From Hormiphora californensis (taxonomy: Eukaryota; Animalia; Ctenophora), in contig CM035353.1 in NCBI GenBank assembly GCA_020137815.1, positions 2,480,001-2,544,000 of the forward strand: a stretch of DNA of 64,000 bases. Direction: 5' to 3'. A program made the position numbers and the translations under genes. This document shows, one piece after another, positions 1-15,754 of the stretch. The notes beneath the pieces are model-generated. The model saw only the letters and a program-made list of their open reading frames with translations. It was not told the origin of the DNA and ran no database searches. The first letter of the stretch is position 1, and each line of letters starts with the position of its first letter.

Positions 1-1355
1 AATGAAAGATTATGGGGAGGACGAGCAAGTCAAGGTATGAAATCTGCCCCCCCCCCCCCCCCCGGGCTCTGGTGACTCTCCACTCAACCCAGTCCCCTCA
101 CCCCATTTTGACTCACCTAAGGTAACCCTCTATTCACAGTTCAAACCCCACATTTAAAACAAATTTTTCACCATTTTCACCTCAAATCCCCACACTCCCC
201 CTCACCTAGTTTCCTCTCTTAATTTTCATCTCTAAATTTTCTCATTTTCTTACCAGTGGGCTAAGTGTGGTGTCATGCTAGGCCAACACGGATGCTTAGC
301 CGCAACTTGCAATGGCATAACAGAGAATGGGCAGCTGCTGGTAGTGGAATGCCCTGAAAAAGCAAGGAACGGAGATGTAGGAGATATTTTACGCGACCAT
401 CTTAGCAAATGTAGATCTTCCACGGAGGTATTATATATATAATATTTTGGGGGGGGGGGGCCCAGTGCCCTGATCTTGCAAATACCCAAAATGTTAATGT
501 TGCTTATTTGGCAGCAATCTGGACATACTGAAGCAATTTCAAGTAACTGACGACCTTTTTTTAGGGAAAGAAGCAACTGCGGAAGCAAAATCTCCGCAAA
601 TAAGGCAGATCTCATTGCTTCCACATTGCTTCCTGCCAAACTGAGACATAAATCAATCATTTGAGGAAGCAATTTCACGATTTTAAGGAAGCAATATGGA
701 AAATTATACGTCCTATTTTTTGAAGATTTTGAAAATCGGGGCACTGGGGGGGGGGGGGGGGGGGTGGTTGTTATGTTCTAACCCTCCCTTTACATTAGTG
801 CGGGGGCGTGCGAAAAACAGTCTAACCTGGCAAGGGGGTGCAACTCAAAAAATAACCAACCATACCCTGGGTTTCGGAAAAAGTTTGATTCCCCCCCCCC
901 CCCATATTTTATATTAAATTTATGACATTAAAGTGGTTAATTGCTATTACATACCAATAATTAACTTGCATTTGATGAATGGCCAATTTGGACTCCAATT
1001 GTTACCCAATTCTCCAAGCTGGGAAGTCGGGTAGAATAGCAGAGTAGTACAAATCGATTTTATTATTACTTTTACACGTTGTTTCTTATTTTAGATGGTG
1101 AAAGGAATACCGTTCCTAGTTGGCGGGCCTTCTGGGATAGATGTTAATAGAAGTCACCGGCTGTATGACAAGATTCAGGGTGTCCTTCACCTATTTGGGA
1201 AGCCATCCCTCACCCTGATAGTCTGGTCATCGTATGGGTACTGGACTGATGAAATACCAGCTGAACCCGGCTATGAACTGAAACTGGAAAAATATATTCA
1301 GTTGTTCATGCTAGAGGTTGTGCCTGTTTTAAGGCGAATACAATGCAATGAATGA
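1..1355 (+). CDS. YqaJ/lambda-exonuclease-like protein (ISL2EU accessory gene), 3' exons; catalytic motifs substituted
   Basis: GT-AG exons <2-34, 257-427 and 1095-1355 splice in phase 0: ..VKWAKCGVMLGQHGCLAATCNGITENGQLLVVECP..NRSHRLYDKIQGVLHLFGKPSLTLIVWS..LEKYIQLFMLEVVP. This follows the YqaJ layout CG..LGASPDG..EIKCP..H.YY.QIQGQL..FVVW. The 5' part is probably outside the window. Confidence 0.7.
463..746. mobile_element. short non-autonomous TIR element (hAT-like CAGTG ends) in an intron
   Basis: cagtgccctgat at 463 and atcggggcactg ending at 746, inserted in a poly-G run; no clean TSD. Confidence 0.45.
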
Positions 1356-1488
1356 CTTTTTATACGTACTACTACTAGGCAATTTTCATTTTATAGTTGT
1401 ACCTGGTGATATGTTTAAATAATGATTTGTTTGATATTGGATACATAAACAGAAATGTACAATTACCACTACCAACAGCTAGCTAAAA

Positions 1489-3532
1489 ATGAAGTGTGCC
1501 GTGCCTGGATGCTCATTGGAAGGTACCAATCGTGTTCCAGTAAATCCGGTTTCGCGGCAGTCACTGACCAACATGCATGGGTATGTATGACATTGCATCT
1601 CAGTTAGGTGTACTTTAGTAACTCGGACCACATGATTTTTATTTTTAAAAATATTCTACTCTTTAATGATCAGATATGTCATATTAAATTTATCATATTT
1701 CAGGAAGGTCTTCACCGTCAATATGAGGACATGTGCGAAGCATATGGTTAGAAAACCAAAAGCAAAGGGAGTAATCAAGCATCCTGGAGCTAATATCATG
1801 AACAGCTGGACTGACGAAAATTACCTCTATCTTACAGGTAAGAATTTAAAATTTTATGCTGGTCCAACTAATTAGCAAATAAGAGCAAACTGTACAATAT
1901 TCTAATTTCTAGTACAAAGTTAGAGAATAGGGAGAAAACAGTTTCATTTCCACTTATTAATGGTATGTAGAAATGAAAATGTTTTGTTCATATCCTATAA
2001 TATTATTGTAGTCATTTTTACATTTTTGTAACTTCATCTACACTTCTCAAGGGCTTACCAAGGACAAAATTGGCGACATAAAAGACATGTGTGTGACGAG
2101 GCTGGGTGACGTGATGAAATGTAAACGTTCTGGGCTTGACGCATTCGGCCAACTTACCATCTGTCTGATGAAACTGAGGGGGGCGATGGCGAACCGAAGA
2201 ATGGCGCTAATGCTGCAGGTAAGACTTTTTGAGAGAGCTGGAGGTTACATGGTACATGGTACTACTAGCTAGAGGTTGTTACTTTTAGAATGGGGGAGAG
2301 AAGTTTTAACGGCAGCTGGTGTGTTCGGGTTCAAAATTTTAATTTCAATTTTAATTTTACCTTTGGTGTGTGCTGACCCTTCTGCTAATAGTAATTAAAT
2401 CTTTCAGTTTGAAGAGAGAGGGATTGACCAAATTATCATCCTATGGCTCGACGCCATGTACACCGTTTTCAATGAGATGGACAAGGCCCTCCCTGTGCCA
2501 AGTAGGGCCTGTAACCAACAACTGCTCCCTCGTACATTTTCGGTAATGCACCAGCTCACGGATTTGTTATAGTTTGCGGTTGATTTTTACTTACCTAACA
2601 TTAAAACTCCTTTTCATCTTTTTTTCAACTTCTGTTATCTCTTCTAGGCCTTCAAGGACACACGGATCATCATCGATGCAACCGAGATCAGAGTAGACCA
2701 GCCAAGCAACCTGACAAAAGCACGTTCAGCATGGTCAAATTACAAACGTAAGTTGCATGAAATACTCATAAAGTATATCTTTTCCACGGGTATCAATGAC
2801 ACAGCTAATTTTACATTTCTACAATGAATAATCATCCTGATAGATTCTCCAACATTGAAAGGCATGATTGGCATCAGTCCACATGGAGTGGTAACGTGGA
2901 TAAGTGAAATTTATCCTGGGAGCACTTCGGACAAGGCCATTGTCGAGGCTGAGGGGCTACATAAGATCTTCCAGCCGCTGGACATGGTGATGGGTGATAA
3001 GGCGTTCACCATTGACGATCTGCTTAGTAATGGTAAAAACTAAACATATGGCCATGTTTCTTAAATTATGGAACTACCACATTTGTGATCTCAGCAAATA
3101 AGCTGCAGCCACTGAAAATTTAGCACCACAAAAATTATTGGAAGTTTAATTTATACGTAAGGCCAAGGTCTCTAAATAGTCATACACATATTGTGTCCGT
3201 GTGAAACATAAACATGGACATCATTAGATACATTATGGATTTACTAATATCTATTACAGTTTATGGTTTAATCTAATCAACTGAACACTAACAGCATTTT
3301 TTAACCCACAGATGTCCAGTTAAAAATACCTGCTGGTAAGCAGAGGGCTAAGCAATTGACTCCGACTGAGATTACAGAGAATGAGAATTTGGCCAGAGTT
3401 AGAGGGAAGGTTGAGATGGTGATTAAGGAGGTGAAAGATTTCCAGATCCTGAAACACCATCTATCCGAGCCTCTGGCAAACCACGCTCCTAAAATATGGA
3501 TGGTGGTCTGTTTTCTAACAAGGCTGCAGTAG
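1489..3532 (+). CDS. THAP + HTH + DDE_Tnp_4 transposase (ISL2EU / PIF-Harbinger superfamily), 7 exons, apparently intact
   Basis: Spliced in frame at GT-AG sites: MKCAVPGC..RTCAKH (THAP-like C2CH), QLTICLMKLR (HTH_Tnp_4-like), IIIDATEI / WSNYKH / YPGSTSD / MGDKAF / RGKVEMVI (D-D-E triad); stop TAG at 3530-3532. Confidence 0.88.
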
Positions 3533-4266
3533 CGATTGGCTCCATTGCAACCTATTCTCGCTCCGCGAAGAATAGGCTCCCGGCCTGTGGACAGCAAGAA
3601 CTCACGTGCGCGCGATGTAAAGCACGTTTTCAGCAGTGGGACTATCAAATCGCGCGCGATATACTGTTTTAGCAGGCATTTTTAGCCGACATAGCACTAC
3701 CAAAACCCCAATTATCGCCTCAATTGGCACTTTGATGTATCGGCGGGTATTTTCCCATACTCACAAGGCCATGACGATTCACCCAGTACCCGCAGATTGT
3801 CCCAGGACCGAGTAGGAGCTTGCAGCCAGGTCTTTAAAGAATTGCTCATGTTTAGCGTCAATTTTGACCCACTATTCCTCAAATGCTGATATTCGCGGGT
3901 ATTTTCCGTAAAACTAGAGACAATTATCTGCCAGGAGCAACAAACGAGATGCAAATCGGTTCAGTAGTTCCTTGCAGCCAGGTCTTTGAAAAAGTTTGCT
4001 CTAAAATCAATAACGCGCCGGAGGCCTAGATGTGAGATCGATCTCGGTCGCTGCGCGACCTCGATCTCACTCAGGCATCAATGTGGCCAACAGTAGCGAT
4101 AGGACTGCAGTACTTGTCAGTTGTCTCATGAAATCTGTCAGGCCAATGCTCTGACAGCATGAAATAGAACTTTTTTACTAAATTATTCATTGGATCTGTT
4201 ATTGTGCACGTACCGTCGAATATAGCAGTAGATATTACTTTTAATTTTACCCGTTTATAAAGCTAA

Positions 4267-4870
4267 GGCTATAAGCATACTGATCGTGATGATCATAATC
4301 AGGTCAGTGTGCGGACGTTTTGATGGTCACCATCAAAGGAGCGCACACACTGATGGTTATCATCATGATGGAGGCTTGATGCATCATGATGTTCTCAAAC
4401 CATAGTGTGTTCACGTTTGATCATCATGAACCATAGTGTGCTCACGTTTGATCATCATAAACCATGCTCAACTTGCTGGAACTTGCCTTTTGATCATGAT
4501 CATCATGACCAGTGTGCTCAGCATGATGATGCTATCTCCCGGGAGCTCCCCCTTGCCTAGTCGCGCGCTCTGAGAGGCTGTTGCATATCACGTGACCTGT
4601 ACAACAGCCTCTCGCGCGCGCGAAGTCGTACCACGTGGTACATATCACATGACTACAGTGCAGCCCTCCACAAGAATAAGATCAAAACCTGCGCACACTA
4701 GGTGTTGATGATCATCATCCAACTTAAGAGACGGCTCCAGGGCCAGCTCTTACGTGATGATCATAATGTTCCGCACACTGTAGTTTTTTGCAGATGATGA
4801 TGATCAAAACCATGAGCACACTTCATCTTTTTAACTGATTATGATCATCACGATCAGTATGCTTATAGCC
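4267..4870. mobile_element. Tourist/Harbinger-type MITE
   Basis: 36-bp perfect TIR ggctataagcatactgatcgtgatgatcataatcag; TAA on both sides (4264-66, 4871-73). Confidence 0.9.
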
Positions 4871-5634
4871 TAACTCATGATATATTTCTTTGTTGGGTAA
4901 ATAGTCCAATATATATATGTGTTACAGTAATGAAATAATACTGCGACAGTTGAATTTTACAAATGTGCCACACGGTATGTCAATGGCATAGTGTGTGCGT
5001 TGTGCGTGTACTACACTGCATGGCAATTGTACAATTATTGTACTTCACACACATGTGTGCGCGCAATGTCGCAGTGACGAGTAACATTACTGTACTTTCA
5101 CCTTTGTTAGGTGAACGCGCAGTCCATAACTATAATTATTAAAACTCTCAAATGGATTCTGGCAATGGCGGGATATATCCAACCCTCAATTGGCAATAAC
5201 AATATCACACAGATCTCTTCATAACACATGTACAAATATCATATTAACCTATTAACGAACATAACATACGCTATTTCTCTCAGTATCTCTATGTCACTCA
5301 AAGGAAAGCCCCACACTCCCACAGTTACTACCACTACTCTTTTTCTCAACCCTCTACCACCCTCTCTCTCATATCACTCTTTTCTCTTGATCTACCGTGG
5401 AGCTCCTGCCTTCCAAAAACAGCCACCTAATGAATATTTAGTACTCATGCGTAGTTGTCTGTCAGCTCTATACTTTACACTCGAATATGAAATGTATTTA
5501 ACAATTAATAGTTTGATTAACCAACATAAGTTCGTTTAGGTCACCCACGACATTTCATTAATTAAAATAGTTTTTCAAAAATAATAAATTATCATTTAAC
5601 TGCATATAAATAAATCTAAAAAAATAATTATTAA

Positions 5635-5956
5635 CAGTGGCGTAACCAGGGTATGTGCAAACTACACAAATGTACAATGTACATTGTACATTGTACATAT
5701 TGCACTACCTGAGCGCTCCCAACTGCACTCCCTCAGCACATCAAATTTCCGTGATTTGAACTACCACGCCTAATTTTTTTATCAGAATTACACTACTTCG
5801 GAGTTCGGTAGAATATAAACTTTTAATTAGCGTGCTTCCTTAGTATTGTTGGAATTATTATTTCAAATTGATCTCATATTGTCTAAAAGTTTCTGCCAGT
5901 GCACTACTTCAAATGTTTAATTCACTACCATGCTCAAAACACTGGCTACGTCACTG
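5635..5956. mobile_element. degenerate hAT-like MITE
   Basis: cagtggcgtaaccag ... ctggctacgtcactg imperfect TIR; no TSD match. Confidence 0.4.
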
Positions 5957-5974
5957 ACTTTAAATAAATATGAC

Positions 5975-8398
<2,424 letters not shown>

Positions 8399-9384
8399 CA
8401 CGGCGTGCCTGGTGAAATTTTAACACGACCTAGCATGCGACGGGAAACCACCACTTGTACGTGGTAGCTGAGGGTCTACAGAATGGCGCTACGGTGCGGG
8501 AAAAAACATTCCATTCCCTAAAATCTTTTTTTTTACTTTTATTTGATTTGGGTCAAAATTGGCTATATTAAACGTGGTCCCGAAAAATCCATAATGACTT
8601 AGCACACGAAATATGTCACCCCCACCTATTTTTGCACGTAGAATCGATTGCCGTTGAAGTCAAATCTCTAAAATGACTGTAAAATGGTCAAAAGTTGATT
8701 TTTTATCATTTTTTGGAGGTTTTTGGCCCCTAAACCATTGAAAACGTTGAGATAGGAATTTGAAACTAGTGCCAATCGTTAAAATGGTCATTTTTCTACC
8801 AAGAACCAAGTTTTCGTGTATATCCGATTTATGGTTAGATTTGGGCAAATTGTTGAAATCTGCCAACTAGGAGAACCGTAACTTGATTTTCTTGTTTTTT
8901 GGATTTTGGCATTTTTGACAAACTTCTGATTGAAATGGTCAATCGGGACCATGCTTAAGTTGTTTAAGGGACAATTTTCGACTAAAATCCAAGATTTCAT
9001 ACCAATCCAATAACAGATCGTTGATTTATAGAAAATTTAAGTAGGCAAAACGGTCAAAATAAGCAAGAAAAGTTGTCATTTTGACCGTTTTGCCTACTTA
9101 AATTTTCTATAAATCAACGATCTGTTATTGGATTGGTATGAAATCTTGGATTTTAGTCGAAAATTGTCCCTTAAACAACTTAAGCATGGTCCCGATTGAC
9201 CATTTCAATCAGAAGTTTGTCAAAAATGCCAAAATCCAAAAAACAAGAAAATCAAGTTACGGTTCTCCTAGTTGGCAGGTTTCAACAATTTGCCCAAATC
9301 TAACCATAAATCGGATATACACGAAAACTTGGTTCTTGGTAGAAAAATGGCCATTTTAACGATTGGCACTAGTTTCAAATTCCT
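8399..9384. mobile_element. foldback (near-perfect palindromic) DNA transposon, Chapaev/CMC-like: left arm, loop and first part of right arm
   Basis: Starts CACGGCGTG after TAAA (8395-98); arm 8399-9060, 17-nt loop 9061-9077; 9078-9384 is the reverse complement of 8754-9060. Confidence 0.9.
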
Positions 9385-9701
9385 CTGGACATGCGCCAAT
9401 ATTTTGACATGTTTCCGTCGGGTATGGGCGGTATAGCGCGGAATATTATTATTATTATTATTAACTATTAGTTATGATAGTTAATTACATGCAGCGAATA
9501 TATTTTTAGAGGAGTACTGCATGGTTTCGTGGCACATTATTCCAAAGAACAAAACGCATAGATCACAAATAAGAGAAGAGAGAGAGATGCGTAATATATG
9601 ATTAACCACACAGGATATAACATACGGGGGTGCTAAATTTAGTTAACTGTGTAGTGTATACTATCATGAGATGATAATTACCCAACTCTAAAGCATTATT
9701 A

Positions 9702-9779
9702 CAGTCGGCACCCCGATTTACCGGTATCTCGGGGGAAGCCTTTTGCCCGGTAAATCGGGTGTCCGGTATATCGGGACTG
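9702..9779. mobile_element. TA-flanked Tc1/mariner-type MITE family (cagtcggaccccgattt)
   Basis: TA-cagtcgg..gactg-TA; other copies at ~13459 (partial), 19134-19306, ~25114 (partial) and 37878-38048. Confidence 0.8.
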
Positions 9780-10454
9780 TATATAATATGATAACCAAAA
9801 CATATGGGTGCCAAGCTTTTATTATCATACAGTAGGATTCTGTTCGTGGGAATAGCATCATACTATTTATTAAAGCAAATAGGAAATGATGGGTTAGGTT
9901 TTTTTACAATATGGCACAAAATCCTGGAAATGGCCTTTGCACGTGTTGTCCCTAGAGGACCCTGGCAACCTGCCAGCTTGAGCCTTAAACTGCACGTGCA
10001 TCCTTGATTCATCTCTCTGCCGGTTGTGTGATTGATCGTTTTGCTCGATTTGATCTGTTCACCCCCTGTTCACCACGTTTCGTGAACATGACTACTCAAC
10101 TTCAACACAATCGCCAGCGAGTTTGGAGGAGCCATATGTCCCAAACTGGCGCTGACGCCTATAGACTACGTGATAGAATCCTAACAAAAAGAGTGATTAT
10201 TATTCAAAAAAATGTTGTCAACACACGTAATAAACAAAGTATCAATGGTACTATAAGAAATGGCAGTATACGTGAAAGTATTTTGCAAATGTTGCTCCTT
10301 CCATAAATCTTCAGGACATGGCAAAAGAGGACCCGTGGTTTTTCTGTCCGAAAGAATCGCTTGGTTAATTTACCTGATAAATTTACTGATTTAAAAATTT
10401 CAAATGATACTACACTATTTGCTTAGTTTTACTGTATGACCATTGACCATCCCC

Positions 10455-10487
10455 GACATTCGCCCGTAGGGCGAGCGGGCTTACTAG
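10455..10487 (+). mobile_element. Helitron 3' terminus
   Basis: hairpin cgccc-gta-gggcg followed ~10 nt later by CTAG|T; 5' end not located. Confidence 0.6.
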
Positions 10488-11825
10488 TCCTGCGCTGGCA
10501 AGCGCAAAGGTGACCACCACCTCCCCCCAGCCGTCGGTGCCAGAAAGCAGTAAAGTTTTTTCAGATTTTAGCCAAAAATGGCATTTTGCGACGCCCATAG
10601 CGAGCCCCCACTGCACCAATCGGTCTGAATTTGGTATACAGTGTCACGTATACTAGATCTACGAGTTTAAAAGGGCAAGTCTCTATCTTTTTTAGTTTTA
10701 GAGTTACTAGCAAAACTGGGGCGATCGTACCGATCGCAATCGAGGGGTCTGTTTCTATGTTTTTCTCTGCCTGTCTGCTATATATGCTATGTGATTTGAT
10801 CCCTCTCTTTTTCTCTCTTTCTCTCCCTTTTATACATGTGATGTGACCCCTCAGTCGCAAGCAGTTCTCAACACGTGTGATACGTGATACCTCACGAATC
10901 ACGTCGTCCACTGACGGATCATGTCGTCCACACGGACGGATCACGTCGTCACACTGACGGATCACGTCGTCACATTGACGATAGGGTGTCATATTTCTGT
11001 GCAATTTGCTTAGATATAGTTAGATGACATGGTGAAAAAAGCAATAAATGTCCGTGTCTTATATGTCATACATACATACATACATATAGAAACGCTTTTT
11101 TACACAATTTGCAGACAATTTTCTGGAAAAACTACAAAATAGACACTTCTCCGTTTGTTGCATTCGAAGATAATCGTTTGGATTGTGTTTTGGAGGGTTT
11201 TCAGTCTATGGTCTTACCAGAACGTCTTAAAAACTGTCATAAAGTTAAAGATTCTTTTTCAAATCGACCAAATTTCTTTGAGCTACAATTTAAACACCCT
11301 GAAGACGGCTTCTGATTGAAAAATGGAGACCACACTTATGAAAGATAATCGTCTAAACTTTCAGAACTATATCGCGATTTTTGAAACTCTATTTCCAAGG
11401 GTCTTAATCGCGGTCTGAAGTTTTAAGACTGTATAAAATAGATATGACGATAGTGCGTTTTTCGCCATAGCGACCTCTCAATTATCTTGTCCAATCGATC
11501 TCAAACTTGGTCAGCAGCTTTATCTGGATTGAGCCTGATAAATAATTTTTCATTAGCAAGACGTTATAACGTCGTGACGTCACACTATGACGTCACAATG
11601 ACGTCAAAATTTAAATTTTTAGCGATTTCTGACGTCTTTACAAGTTCTGCTACGTCCAGACATGTCTTACAATTCGTATTTCACATCAGAAAATACCAAA
11701 AATAGACCTAAATTATGCCAAAAACTAACATAAATGAGTTGGCTGGAAAGTTGACCACTTTTAATTTCAAACTTACACCTTTGCCCGGCCGGTTTACGGA
11801 AATAGGTGGAATGGTAGAGAGAAGG

Positions 11826-11876
<51 letters not shown>

Positions 11877-12073
11877 GACAGAGATAGAGAGGAAGTAGAG
11901 AGAAGAAAGAGAGAGAGAGAGAGAGGAGAGAGAGAGATGAGAGAGAGAAAGAGAGAGAGAGAGAATCGTCGAGAGGTCTTGCTGAACCCGGAGAGGGCAA
12001 AGGTGTTAAGTCTTGACATAAAAGTGGTCACCTTTCAGCCAACTAATTTTGTTCTGTTAGTTTTTGGCATAGA
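10488..12073 (-). mobile_element. Helentron/Helitron2-type non-autonomous element (HINE/DINE-1-like), copy A
   Basis: 5' TCTA start, long inverted repeat enclosing a microsatellite (11715-12069), 3' subTIR aaaggtgaccac next to stem-loop tgcgc-tggcaa-gcgca; homologous to 36183-37520 and 42248-42919. Confidence 0.7.
10707..11024 (-). mobile_element. short non-autonomous Helitron nested in copy A
   Basis: Minus strand reads TCTAAC..GCGATCG-GTA-CGATCGC..CTAG; inserted at A|T. Removal restores gagtta|tgacatg, matching gagttatggcatg in the sister copy at ~37376. Confidence 0.8.
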
Positions 12074-12469
12074 TGTTTATAAAGCATATATGAGTTTTTC
12101 CGTTTTGTGACTAGTATTGATGACGTTTTGGATGACGAGTATTTTGAAAGCTACGGTTGATTATTTTCAGTACCAACTATTATCTCGTGTTTTACGCTGT
12201 GTCTATTTGTTGTGTATAGTGGATGCACCTTCTTGTGTGGTATGTGTTTGTGGGGTGGTTGTTGTAGGTTGTATGTAAATAAACTAAATAGTGGTCATGA
12301 GTGTACCTCTTCGAGCTTCAAGCTCCTCGGGATCGATCTGGGCCCCTTCCCCTTCTTCTTTCCCCACCTGTGAGCATGACGGTGAGTGAAAAACAACTTG
12401 AACAGATCAGCTCAGAGATCAATGAGTGGGGTATAAAATCTAACAAATCAGGTTTTCATCGGTGCAAGT

Positions 12470-12570
12470 CATCCGTACACGCTAACGTACAAGTGGATAT
12501 ATTGGTGCAAGCTAAAATACAGGTGGATATATTGGTGCACAGCTAACGTACAAGTGGATTATTTGGTACA
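12470..12570. repeat. ~30-bp tandem repeat x3
   Basis: gctaacgtacaagtggatatattggtgcaa-like units. Confidence 0.7.
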
Positions 12571-13539
12571 GGTAATGAAAGTTGCTCAAACGGAAAAGAA
12601 AAACTCAACATAGAACAAATGCTGCGTGTGCACGTGAAACACATCCGAATCTGAAGGTTGCTTGAGAGTAGAGACATGCAATAATCTAACACGCACGAAA
12701 TGTGAATATTTAATGCAAAAGACGTATAGTTTACCTTTTTCCCTTTTTTGACCATGCCTATGGGTTTAGGAATATAGGTTTAGGAATTATCAGTGTATTA
12801 CAAATCTATAAAAACATAATATCTGTACATACTTTACTATTGAAACTAAATAAACAATATATACAATTATCCCAGTTGTTGTTATTGTTTGTGCCTCCCC
12901 TTCCAAACCCATGGCTGCTTATGGTCCAGCAGAGACCGAGATCATCAATCCGAATGAGATCGAGATTCATAGATATGTATCCCAGAACGATCAGCTTTCG
13001 TTTCCGGGAACGTATACGAAGCGTCATTTCCCCGGATTCCGCAGTGCTTTCCACTGCCATGACCTCTGATCAAAAAACCTGTGCTAAAGTTTTCACGCCG
13101 CCTACTTTAATTGTACGTAGTGTCTTGGCTTTACACCACTCATAACGGGGGTTTTTCCCTTTTATAAGAGATGTAGCGTTGGAAGGAACGATATCGGCCT
13201 CCGGACTTGAAGGTTTCCGTTCATTTTTTGGCACTTTTAACGGCTCTGGTTTTATTGAACGCATAGATACCGTCTGGGTTCACGTAGCAAGGGGTTCTAG
13301 CCCCTGCAGGTATAAGCGTCCCCGCCGATCCTTGTTGAGTTTAATCAAGCGCCGTTCCTCCCCATCTTTAGTGGAATTATTGCTTCTCTTTGTTAGTTTT
13401 TGTAAGTTTGTTTAGATTGAGTGTCCTCGTCTTCGATATTTCTTCTCTCATAGTGAGGTCCCCGGATTTAGCGGCACCCCGATTTAGGGACAGGATGCTT
13501 TCCCCCCGATAAGGAAATTAACCTTATTTCAATCAACAA

Positions 13540-14560
13540 TCATCAATCAATCACATGTTGTTTTGAATGTATAATTACCGTCTGGATCATCGCGTACAAC
13601 CCGTTTCAAGGTGGCCAGCAAGAGCTTTTTGCTCCTTTATAGTTGGGAGGGTTAAGATCCGTAACAAATATATACGGTCGAGTGTTTTTTTGGATTTCTA
13701 TGAGCTGCCGTGCCTTCTTCAGCAGCGCCAAAAGGGTCGCTCTCTTTTCTCAGAGATCCCAAGAGCGGCCTAGGGCGTTTCTCGTTTCTCTCACACGTTA
13801 CGCTTTATGTTAGCAACTGTCGGTTTTTCGTCCAGTTCTTCAAATAGCTCTTCAGATTGGTTCTATCAGTATCTCGTAGTTGATTCTGGGAGCCCAAATA
13901 TGTATTTACCAAGTTTTTTCTCTCGATTTGCCTGGGGTGCTACTGTAGCAGGAGGAGGCTTAGAAGTTGGTGGCTAGGAGGAGTTTTGTACCTTTTTCGC
14001 CACAGGGAGGCTGCAGCATAATTTTAAGCTAGTACTGTCGAGTAGGCTTTCACCTTCTGCATGAAGTTTCCACTGAGTTGTTGTTTCCACTGATTGTTTC
14101 TTTCTGGAGAATGTGATGACCGTTTGTTTGCAGTTCAATCACCAAGACACGAGTTTCGCTCAAGCTCTTCTTTACACACAGAGAGTTGCTTCTCTAGTTT
14201 CTGCAGTGATTACGGTATTCAAATTGTTCATAGCTGCTTGATCAAGTTTAGCACTGGAAATAACGAGTTGAGTAATGACATCAATAACTTGATTTGGAGT
14301 AAGGTCCTTCAGACGATGTTTGAAGAATGTCCTCATGTGATATTCGGGTGGGTCCGAGCGATCAGGGGTAAAAGCCCTCGCAGGTGCAAATTTGATGAAT
14401 TATAGCACTGACTAACATTGTCGGGTGTGATACTTGTCTGTTGTTCGGGAACAGTAACCCAATGCAGTCGTTCAACTCCCAAAACAAAGTCATCAACGGA
14501 TATTTCGATTAGTTGATTTATCTTGGGGTTATGTATGGCACTAACCGATAACCCCAAAAC
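13540..14560 (-). pseudogene. degenerate non-LTR retrotransposon ORF1 (CR1/L2-type)
   Basis: Inverted copy of 63211-64000; coiled coil followed by KAYSTV motif; frameshifts and stops. Confidence 0.55.
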
Positions 14561-15754
14561 CCTAACCAGTCTCGACCGCCAAAATTGTTAATTGTTACAA
14601 TGGAAGCCGGAAGGCACCCAGATTTTAACTTTCCCCGCGCTTTTCAAGGGTCTCTTGGCATACGCTTGCAGCCCCTTATAAGGGCCAAATCACACTGATG
14701 ATTTCCAGCCTCGAAATCCAACAAGCACAAATCACACTACTACTGGATTGGTGTATCGCCTGTTTTGACTCTCTCTAACGTTATCGCGTCTCTCTCACAC
14801 CCTCCAAACATTGAAAAATGGTGTGCCCGGGCACGCGCACGAAATCCACACAAAGAATGGGAGAGTGAGAGAAGCCGGAGAACGTTAGAGAGAGTCAAAA
14901 CAGGCGATACACTAATCCAGCAGTAGTTGTTGGTCTACGCTGCAGTCCCCAATGAATTGAAGCGTGGGAAACCGTGCACTAGGGGGTCTGCAGCGCATGT
15001 CAAGTAGTGTGATTTGTGCTCTTTTGGATTTCGAGTTCTGGAAATCCATCAGGTGTGATTTAGGCCATAAGGGGTGCACGCATGAGGGGGCTGCAGCGCA
15101 TTCCAAAAGGGTTCTCGCGAGCAAAAAACGGGCGCCGTTACGATCTGGGTGTTTGGTGGCCTTCTTTTACAGGTGCGCTCTGCAAAAGAAGTTGATTCAC
15201 TAAAATGACTCTAAAACCGCCAACAGGGACGGCGCTGGGCCTTCGGCCCAGCAAGTCCCTGGGCGCAGCCCCCGGCGGGGGTGTAGGGGCAGAGCCCCCA
15301 GGCAGGTCCAGGGCTGCAAGCCCCGGTGGGAGGGGGGCGAAGCCCCCCGAAAATTTCGACATTTTGAGGCTTTTTTAAAACGATTTTAAGCATTTCTGAC
15401 TCCTTTTTGTGAACAAGATTATTTGCATTATTTATCCATAATGCTACGTTTCCCTGCCCTCTTCGATTTGCCATTCAACTCGCATTAGCTGTCCGCAAAA
15501 TGGGGATTTGTGTTTTTTCGAACTTTAGAAAAAACGCAAACATTTTTTCACTTTCCTTCACATTTTCCCCTCCCCAAAAACGCGCGGGCCGATATAAAAC
15601 AAATTTTGCCGCGCGTTACAGTTTACAGCCGCGCACTGGCCTCATAAATTTTCAATAGTTTGTGGACGCGCATGTTACTACTCCGCAACTTCAAATCGCG
15701 CGCGCCGCACGGTGCCCCTCGCAACGAAAGTGTGAACCAAAAAATGTCCCTCTA

